Below, one piece after another: positions 1 to 5,979 of a DNA stretch of 5,979 nt. The notes under the pieces are model-generated. The model searched no databases. It was not told where the DNA came from and worked only from the letters and a program-made list of their open reading frames with translations. The stretch is from Octopus sinensis. Its lineage: Eukaryota. The position numbers were made by a program, and so were the translations under genes. The DNA lies in the NCBI RefSeq assembly GCF_006345805.1, contig NW_021829700.1, forward strand, positions 1 to 5,979, read 5' to 3'. Numbering within the stretch: position 1 is the first letter of the stretch; each line of letters starts with the position of its first letter.

Positions 1-105
1 TCTAACTTGGTGATTTGCACCATGCTGATGTACACATTAGTTCATTTTTCAATTTTCAAAAAAAAACAAAAACAAGGAAGAAAAAATCATCTAGGTCTTT
101 TTGAT

Positions 106-333
106 GTGTCTGGAGAGTGTTATTCTCTTTTGGTGTTTTATTATTTAACAAACTCACCAGTAAAGTTTCCAGTCATTTACTTATTTATTTTCCCGAAAAT
201 TGTCGTTGCGTCTTGCAAACTTTTCAACAGTCGTTGAAAATTTTAGGATAAATAAATTAGGAAATGTGTGGAAACTTTAGCGGTGACTGTGTCAAATAAC
301 AAGACACTAAAAAAAGTATGACTCTCCTCACAC
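106..333. repeat. Long imperfect inverted repeat (foldback), centred at 230/231
   Basis: 131-199 aligns without gaps to the reverse complement of 241-309 with 54/69 identities. Pairing extends outward to GGAGAGT (112-118) / ACTCTCC (321-327). The centre is a perfect hairpin TTTTCAAC-agtc-GTTGAAAA (221-240). The left arm carries 21 extra nt (205-225). Confidence 0.88.
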
Positions 334-398
334 GAACTCACATACATAATCTTGTAAACGAAATCCGAAGTCGAAGTCGTCTATGTCTGTTCCTAGAT

Positions 399-534
399 AT
401 ATAAATATAAAAGTATTATACATTTTACTCTTTACTTGAGTTACCGGTTCAACTTTATATATCATAATATAAATATAAAAGAATTGCAAATTTTACTCTT
501 TACTTGAGTTACGGGTTCAACTTTATATATAATA
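399..534. repeat. 68-bp tandem duplication, 2 copies
   Basis: 399-466 and 467-534 align without gaps with 62/68 identities (atataaatataaaag...attttactctttacttgagttac[c/g]ggttcaactttatatat). Confidence 0.96.
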
Positions 535-977
535 ATTAATAATAATTGGCCCTTTTCGTCTATGCAGACAGTCAATTTAGCTTAGAGATCACTTAATCGA
601 ACATATCAGGGTCTCGATTTCTAGCAGTTCCTTTCATACCTAATTATTCCCACGATTGAAGCACAGCTTCTGTCACAGTACTTGCACACCAAAAGGGTGG
701 CTCGGCGGTCTGTATTGCATTTCTATTGTTTTCCTTCGCCACTGATGCTTCTCAATTTGTTTGTTTCTGTAGCTGCTCTCTTCACCACAGATCTCCATGT
801 TGTTCTGTCCTCAGCTCTCTCTCTTTCCAGGTGCTGACATCCACCTCACATTTGGACAAACGAGTTTTGCAAGTGTCCTTGTACCTCAATTTTCGTCTTC
901 CTCTTGGTCTCTTGCCCTGGGCCAGTTCTCAAAGAGCAGTTGCTTCGGGATTCTATGGTCATCCATTCTCCTGACAT
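531..977 (-). mobile_element. 5'-truncated RTE-clade non-LTR retrotransposon (LINE), 3' end
   Basis: Minus strand carries a degenerate ORF2 C-terminus (next feature). After the stop come a ~75-nt 3' UTR ending GTCT-gcat-AGAC-GAAAAGGGCCA (small stem-loop at 558-569) and a short (ATT/TAA)n-like tail at ~531-547, consistent with RTE 3' ends. Homology ends abruptly at ~977. Confidence 0.87.
621..977 (-). pseudogene. RTE ORF2 C-terminal remnant (post-RT region and Cys-rich terminal motif)
   Basis: Manual translation: VRRMDDHRIPKQLLF /fs/ ELAQGKRPRGRRKLRYKDTCKTRLSKCEVDVSTWKER /fs/ AEDRTTWRSVVKRAATETNKLRSISGEGKQ*KCNTDRRATLLVCKYCDRSCASIVGIIRYERNC* (stop 623-621). This matches the RTE/BovB-type pattern GHVxRMxDxRxPKQLxxGELxxGKRxxGRPxLRxKD...DRxxWR...CxxCxRxCxSxIGLxSHxRxC. 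Two frameshifts and one internal stop. Confidence 0.88.
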
Positions 978-1214
978 ATTATAACCCGATTTCATTCTGG
1001 TCTACTCGGGCCACATTTTAAAGATGAAGAATTTTTTCCCTAGATACCACGCCTCTCAATTAAGCAAACTCAAACATGCCATGCAAACTCCCTAGCACTT
1101 TTAACATAGGTGTGCAAATTTTCAAGTCAATCCAACCATATTTACTAACACTTTTGCTTGCACGACTGCTTATGAGACAACGTCCACCATTTTCACAAAT
1201 TTATAGTAGATACA

Positions 1215-1402
1215 TTAGGCTAGTGCATAATTATTGCGCCTATTTTTTTCAATAAAACAATAACAACATTTAACAAAAACATATCTAAATGATTACTCCG
1301 AAGCATATTTACTATCTACTTCAATTTCTGCTGGCGTTTGGTTTAGATTTTTTTTGAATAAAATTTATTGAAAAAATTGGCAAGAATTATGCACCAAACT
1401 AT
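1215..1402 (-). mobile_element. Mariner-derived MITE / heavily deleted mariner (188 bp)
   Basis: Left end ttaggctagtgcataattattgcgcctatttttttcaataaa (1215-1256) is inverted relative to tttattgaaaaaattggcaagaattatgcaccaaactat (1364-1402). Both resemble the Hsmar1/MADE1 TIR TTAGGTTGGTGCAAAAGTAATTGCGG. TA follows the right end (1403-1404); CA lies at the left (1213-1214). Internal minus-strand 1331-1293 reads AEIEVDSKYASE*, like a mariner C-terminal VIExDGxY motif. Confidence 0.8.
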
Positions 1403-1433
<31 letters not shown>

Positions 1434-1444
1434 CACACACAAAG

Positions 1445-1476
<32 letters not shown>

Positions 1477-1496
1477 TATATAATAATATATATATA

Positions 1497-1542
<46 letters not shown>

Positions 1543-1546
1543 ATAT
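1403..1546. repeat. Interrupted (TA)n microsatellite
   Basis: Long TA dinucleotide runs with short interruptions (cacacacaaag, taa, tcta). Confidence 0.98.
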
Positions 1547-2130
1547 GCATATGTGTACTATCGCGGTTATTACACTCGAGTAGCTTTAAATTTCAAAATT
1601 TATTAGGTGTTCATACACTGCGCTTAAGTTGTATATCGTACAGTTATCAGCAAATTTAATGTCACGTAGAAACTCTGTAGAACTCATGATGTCTGCTTTC
1701 AAATTTAACGAGACAATGTTAAAAATAACTCTTATAACGGGGGGAAAATTATTTGCTTATTAAAACTAACGTATATAAAATGGATTCCTGCAATGAATAA
1801 GAATTTAGTGTCACTTATATTTATGTCATATCTTTCTCCCTATTTCCACTCTCTTTATAATGCTCTGTTTGTGTTGTATAATGCCGTTCGTGCTTCTTTT
1901 TTTTCTTTTTTTTTAATACATCAAGTGTATGTTTAATTTTCGATTTCGATAACTTCTTTATTATTTTGCATAATAAATATTTATACAATGTTTGAATATA
2001 TTAATGGAATTTTTTAGAACGCTTTTTTAGATTTCCAAAACAACATAGTTATCCCAGTAGAATTTATCGTTTTATAGACATAATGATATATATACATATT
2101 CTCCTATCAGCACTTTTCACACCCCGATAG

Positions 2131-2288
2131 TATATATATATCTATATATATATATATAATATATATATATTATATATATAATATACATGTATGTATGTAT
2201 ATATATATATATAGATATATATATATAGATATATTATATATATATAATATAGATTATATATATATTATATATATATATATATATATAT
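2131..2288. repeat. Interrupted (TA)n microsatellite
   Basis: TA runs with TAGA/TGTA interruptions. Confidence 0.97.
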
Positions 2289-2392
2289 GCACGTATGTGC
2301 GTAGGTAAAGTGAGTAAAGCATAAATGCAATAACTTACCACATAGCAAAAATTTTCCAACAATTCTGTAGTTGACGTGTGGATTCATTTTCT

Positions 2393-2530
2393 TATATATA
2401 TATATATATATATCTAATATATATATATATATATATAATTATATATATATATACGTGTATAGTAGTGTATGTGGTGTGTATATGTGTCTTGTGATATGTG
2501 TGTGTGCGTTTGTGTGTTTGTGTCCGTGTA
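2393..2530. repeat. Compound (TA)n followed by degenerate (TG)n microsatellite
   Basis: TA run ~2393-2453, then a GT/TG-rich degenerate tract to ~2530. Confidence 0.93.
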
Positions 2531-2997
2531 GATAAATATATACATGGCATAAGTTATATTGAAAGCACGTGTAGTTTTATGTAGAAACACACACGCCCGC
2601 GCAAACGCAACCTGAATTTCAATACAGAATTATTCACCTTCCCTAGCGGAGAAGAAAGATTTGAAATAACAGCTTCTCTTCATTCGTACAAGTTTAAAAT
2701 TTAGCGTAGGTTTACCCAATCCTGGAGTTTAATGATGTCATTTGTAGACTCGTAAAATGCACGTATCGTTAGAATTAACAGTTAAAACTTATAATAATTC
2801 TAAAGCGATAAATACGAGTGTATTGTTTGGTTGCCTGGCAAGTCAAGTGTTGATCTTTCAACGATACTGGTGTTATATATACTGGCTGATGAATTCTATA
2901 ATCTATTATTGCGTTGCGGCAAAAGTTCGACAATATTTTGGTAATTCATTTGCCTTATTCGTCAGTATTATCCTTGGATTATTCCTATATTTATCAA

Positions 2998-3177
2998 GTT
3001 ACTTCGAATTGTTATTTGTTCTGATCCATGGTTAAATTCCTGCGCTCGCGACGCTTCATCATCCAAGAAGACGTGGAAGCTTCAGTGAAAGAGTTTCTTC
3101 ACCTCGGAGAAGAAGAATGGTGTCAGCCTACAATCACAGAAGTGGCTGAAAAGCATCTTGAGACGGTGCAACTTTAA
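2998..3177 (+). pseudogene. Mariner (Tc1/mariner, DD34D) transposase C-terminal fragment
   Basis: Frame from 2998 reads VTSNCYLF*SMVKFLRSRRFIIQEDVEASVKEFLHLGEEEWCQPTITEVAEKHLETVQL*. This matches the mariner pattern APSDYHLFRSMxxFLxGRRFxxxEDVxxxVxEFFxSxxxxWYxxGIxxLxERWxxxV. The TGA at 3022-3024 is consistent with CGA>TGA decay. No TIR was confidently seen. Confidence 0.85.
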
Positions 3178-3215
3178 CCTTGAATATATTTTCGGATAGG
3201 AAAAAAATACCCCAT

Positions 3216-3260
3216 ATACATACATGCACACACGCACACACACACACATACACACAGAGC

Positions 3261-3359
<99 letters not shown>

Positions 3360-3393
3360 TATATAGATATACATATATATATATGTATATATA
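3216..3393. repeat. Compound (CA)n/(TA)n microsatellite
   Basis: CA run ~3226-3257, then a long TA array ending at the mariner TIR (3394). Confidence 0.97.
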
Positions 3394-4449
3394 CACAGGT
3401 GCATTAAAAAAATTGGAGGCCTTAGAAGTACAATATACTAATATTTGAAATAAGTACAAACTTCTAATCTCCTTCAATGCACTTCTTTTTGCGTTCAAGC
3501 CCCTCTGTCAAGGCCCAGTGGAAGTCCTTCAAAGTAACGGTGTCCATAACACTTATCAAAGCTCCATCTTCCCCTTCACCTTTGGGAAGCAACCAAAATC
3601 ACAGGAACCAAGCTTCTGGACTATGGGCAGAGCGAGGGGCAGATTTTTATACCCATCTCTGTCCAGTAGTTGTTCACCATGATAGAATCATGGAATGGTG
3701 CGTTGTCTTGGTGCAGGGGCCATTGGACTCCCTTAAAACCACTGCCTAGCCTCTTGTGCTGGCGAAAATAATCAGAAGCTGCGCAAACACAAGTTGATCT
3801 GTAAGCAGTCTGTAGAATTTCAATAGTTTCTGGGACATGATTCCTAGTTTAAAACTAAAAATTCGTTGCATAGCCGGCGTCGAAGTCGTCTTCATGTCCC
3901 GACTGCATTCTGCTAACTAATCAACTGTAGTCAGCAATGTTTAGTAGGGTGTACTCAAAGTGCTGTTATATCAGTCTTCTTAAGCCGGGAATAACACGAA
4001 TTAGCAGGTCAGCTTATTAGACATATATATGCTTACTGTCAGCTTTTCGACATCAGTGGCAGACGCCACTAGAAAAACTTATATATGTTTGCAAAGCAGC
4101 CTTCACTTTCATCGTGACCTGGTGCTTACCGCCCGTTGACAAGGGACAAAAATCCCGATACTAGTTCGAGTGTATCACTCAGGCTTGCGAATACTCGAAG
4201 GGCACTGATATTGTGTCTAAAGCCAGCTAGAGACGACGATCTCTTGGGGCTATAAAGCTTGTGTAACACCCCCTCCCCAATGTGGTTAGACATGATAAGA
4301 TGGCTTCTATACTTTATATTATCGAGCAATTACTGTTTCAATCTCATTCTGAGATTTAATTATGCTTATGATAGAGTAAAATACACTAATTCAGGATAGT
4401 TATAGCTGCCACTCCTGAAAATATCTCAAAACTTCTGGAATGCACCTCG
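3394..4449 (-). mobile_element. Internally deleted mariner element (~1.06 kb), probably irritans-like
   Basis: Left end TA-cacAGGTGCATTaaaaaaattggagg (3392 onward). The right end, reverse-complemented, reads TA-cgAGGTGCATTccagaagttttgag (4451 back to ~4425). They share an exact 9-bp core, ~17/24 identities overall, with TA outside both ends. They enclose transposase N- and C-terminal remnants. The subfamily call is inferred from the AIKFCFKLGK-, YSPDLAPCDFWLFP- and TACGAGG-type signatures. Confidence 0.75.
3464..3908 (-). pseudogene. Mariner transposase pseudogene with a large internal deletion
   Basis: From ATG 3908: MQSGHEDDFDAGYATNF, then compensating indels with FKLG visible in the shifted frame, then PETIEILQTAYRSTCVCAASDYFRQHKRL (HTH region). 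This joins in frame to GSGFKGVQWPLHQDNAPFHDSIMVNNYWTEMGIKI (HQDNAP at 3713-3696). Frameshifted downstream pieces read HSPE/LGSCDFGCFPKVK (YSPDLAPCDFWLFPKLK-like) and ISVMDTVTLKDFHWALTEGLERKKKCIEGD* (stop 3466-3464). Confidence 0.92.
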
Positions 4450-4505
4450 TATATATTCATGTCTCTGTCTATATCTATATCAATATCGATATCTATATCT
4501 ATAAA
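4450..4505. repeat. Degenerate TA / (TATATC)n low-complexity tract
   Basis: tatatatt...ctatatctatatcaatatcgatatctatatctataaat, directly right of the mariner end. Confidence 0.7.
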
Positions 4506-4510
4506 TATTA

Positions 4511-4612
4511 CTTTTTACTTTTTACAGTTATTGGACATTTGCCATGCTGTGATACCACCCCGAAGGGCTTCGTCGAGCAAATCAATCCCACTACTTATTT
4601 TTTAAAAATCCG
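4511..4612 (-). mobile_element. Probable degenerate SINE 3' tail fragment
   Basis: Minus strand reads aaaaaataagtagtgggattgatttgctcgacgaagcccttcggggtggtatcacagcatggcaaatgtccaataactgtaaaaagtaaaaag. This resembles the 3' part of octopus tRNA-SINEs as I recall them (aataagtactggggtcgatttgttcgac...ccttcaaggcggtgctccagcatggccgcagtc..tgactgaaacaagtaaaag). Recalled similarity only; not searched. Confidence 0.45.
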
Positions 4613-4809
4613 TGTAAGTGACCAATCCTTTATTATACTAAGTTGAAATGTCGAGATCAATTTATTCCGTTTTATTTCACGTAGCGTCATGGATTTCACT
4701 TCTCAGAGAAGTTGTTAAATCTGGCGGCATCGTACCATTTCTAGTGATAGTCTAACGAATTTCAATAGGAATAAATGGATTTCTCTTAACGTGGTTCTTG
4801 TCGATATTT

Positions 4810-4857
4810 TGATGTTGATGTTGCTGTAGCTGCTGTTATTGTTATTACTAATGATTG
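4810..4857. repeat. Decayed trinucleotide tract (GAT/GTT/GCT/ATT)
   Basis: tgatgttgatgttgctgtagctgctgttattgttattactaatgattg shows period-3 structure. Confidence 0.6.
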
Positions 4858-4982
4858 CAACTATATCGATTTTAACATTAAGAATGTAGCTAAATGATAT
4901 CATTGTTAGTGATCAATAAGCCGTGTTCAAAACATAATGTAACTGTAAATTGAAATGATATTTCGAAAATGTCACAGACGAA

Positions 4983-5065
4983 GTGAGGTTACGGACATTA
5001 TCAGATAATGAGAACTAATAATGTGAGGTTATGAACATTATCAGCTTCTGATGGCTAATAATGTG
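4983..5065. repeat. 40-bp tandem duplication (2 copies + GTG)
   Basis: 4983-5022 and 5023-5062 align without gaps with 32/40 identities. Six of the eight differences cluster in unit positions 23-32. Confidence 0.92.
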
Positions 5066-5208
5066 TATTATATTTTTATATATATATTTATTAATTTTTA
5101 CTTTCCTAATTAATTTCTTGTTCATTAAATCATTTGATTTAATATATTTAAAGAATGTTCTTTAAGATAAAAAAAAAATATTTCAGATATAACAGAAGAA
5201 AGCCACAT

Positions 5209-5210
<2 letters not shown>

Positions 5211-5246
<36 letters not shown>
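5211..5246. repeat. (TG)18 microsatellite
   Basis: Perfect TG run of 36 nt. Confidence 0.99.
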
Positions 5247-5249
<3 letters not shown>

Positions 5250-5829
5250 AGCTATATATGGGTTTGCGTTTGTGTATATTTTGATAAAAGTAGCTTCTAA
5301 GTGATTATTTGAGGTGCTAAAATAGCAGACTTTACCCCTCAAATTACATCTCCCCGTGATCAAAGATACAGAATGGATATTGAGGTTTAAGACTGAATAA
5401 GTAAGGGAGTAGAAGAGGAATGTGTCGGTCGGAAGGGACTTTCGTCTTAGTTCTGTTCGATAAACGGTCATACGAAAAAGCAACAGAAACAGAAAAATAC
5501 ACAAGGAAACAACGAGGGAACCACTGGATAATGGCGGAGTTGCTAGAATAGCAAACGAAAGATTCCCTCAAGTCACATTCTAACGTCTTAAAAAGGTAGG
5601 TCAGATAATACAGTCCTGGCAAGTAAGAAAAGGCATGAAAGAAAAGTCTGATTGCTTACAACTAGAAAGCATTCGATGGTAGGTGTACACAAACAGAGTA
5701 GATTTGGGACTACATGGCAATATCAACTACCATCGGGACCACCTATTGGAATCTCAACATGGTTGTTCAAGCTGTTTGACAGGAGCCAGACGCCTGCTGA
5801 TACACTTCGTATTATTTTGCAAAAAGTAA

Positions 5830-5979
5830 GGCGGCGAGCTGGCAGAAACGTTAGCACGCCGGGCGAAATGCGTAGCCGTATTTCGTCTGCTGTTACGTTC
5901 TGAGTTCAAATTCCACCGAGGTCGATTTGCCTTTCATCCTTTCGGGGTCGATTAATTAAGTACCAGTTACGCACTGGGG
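5830..5979 (+). mobile_element. tRNA-derived SINE, 5' half (truncated by the window end)
   Basis: GC-rich head GGCGGCGAGCTGGCAGAAACGTTAGC with an A-box-like TGGCAGAAACG (5840-5850) and a B-box-like GTTCAAATTCC (5904-5914). It is followed by GGTCGATTTGCCTTTCATCCTTTCGGGGTCGATTAATTAAGTACCAG, which I recall as an abundant octopus SINE body. Family name not assigned. Confidence 0.85.

Noticed and set aside
726-1021. Plus-strand ORFs 726-974 and 797-1021
   Set aside because: Antisense shadows of the RTE remnant on the minus strand.
1365-1583. ORFs 1365-1550 (-) and 1368-1583 (+)
   Set aside because: Poly-IY translation of a (TA)n microsatellite, which has no stop codons in phase.
2757-3035. 92-aa hydrophobic ORF
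   Set aside because: F/I/L/Y-rich composition is typical of random AT-rich DNA, and its 3' end overlaps the mariner fragment out of frame.
3082-3498. ORFs 3082-3498 (-), 3180-3407 (+) and 3224-3448 (+)
   Set aside because: Open only because they cross the CA/TA array. The flanks are mariner sequence read in the wrong frame or strand.
3477-3749. Plus-strand 90-aa ORF
   Set aside because: Antisense to the mariner transposase remnant; no recognisable motif.
370-3891. Shared 13-mer GTCGAAGTCGTCT at 370-382 and 3879-3891
   Set aside because: The flanks are not collinear. One 13-mer match in 6 kb is near chance expectation.
3832-3900. 9-bp inverted repeat GGGACATGA / TCATGTCCC next to the compensated frameshift
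   Set aside because: Could suggest template switching, but one such short inverted repeat within 60 bp is expected by chance in a window this size.
4340-4712. 7-bp-arm palindromes at 4340-4356 and 4698-4712
   Set aside because: The number seen is about what AT-rich random sequence gives; no shared motif.
399-5065. CRISPR-like reading of the 68-bp and 40-bp repeats
   Set aside because: Only two head-to-tail copies each, no unique spacers, no cas genes, and a eukaryotic context.
5509-5595. Minus-strand stretch (gacgttagaatgtgacttgaggga...gctattctagca...ttccctcgttg) resembling a recalled octopus repeat
   Set aside because: Similarity is from memory only. There are no ends, TSD or coding signal in the window to support a feature call.
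5652-5831. Open frame ending at a donor-like AAA|GTAAGG, plus a 9-bp stem (5674-5682 / 5727-5735)
   Set aside because: No polypyrimidine acceptor and no recognisable protein motif, and the ORF simply runs into the SINE. Spliced RNA-seq reads would be needed.

Overview
AT-rich eukaryotic non-coding DNA made mostly of decayed transposable elements and microsatellites. I find no intact protein-coding gene and no RNA gene, and none of the listed ORFs is convincing. The tRNA-type SINE at the right end and the long (TA)n arrays resemble Octopus/coleoid cephalopod DNA; this is an inference from recalled repeat sequence, not a search. From left to right: a ~230-bp imperfect foldback (106-333) with a degenerate hammerhead-like core, followed by a 68-bp tandem duplication (together suggesting a Penelope-like terminal remnant); the 3' end of an RTE-clade LINE on the minus strand; a 188-bp mariner-derived MITE with Hsmar1/MADE1-like TIRs; several (TA)n/(CA)n/(TG)n arrays; a mariner transposase C-terminal fragment (+); an internally deleted mariner (-) with both TIRs and an in-frame HTH-to-catalytic-domain fusion; a probable SINE tail fragment; a 40-bp tandem duplication; and a SINE 5' half cut by the window edge. 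I see no evidence of a new multi-gene system. The most interesting signals concern element architecture.
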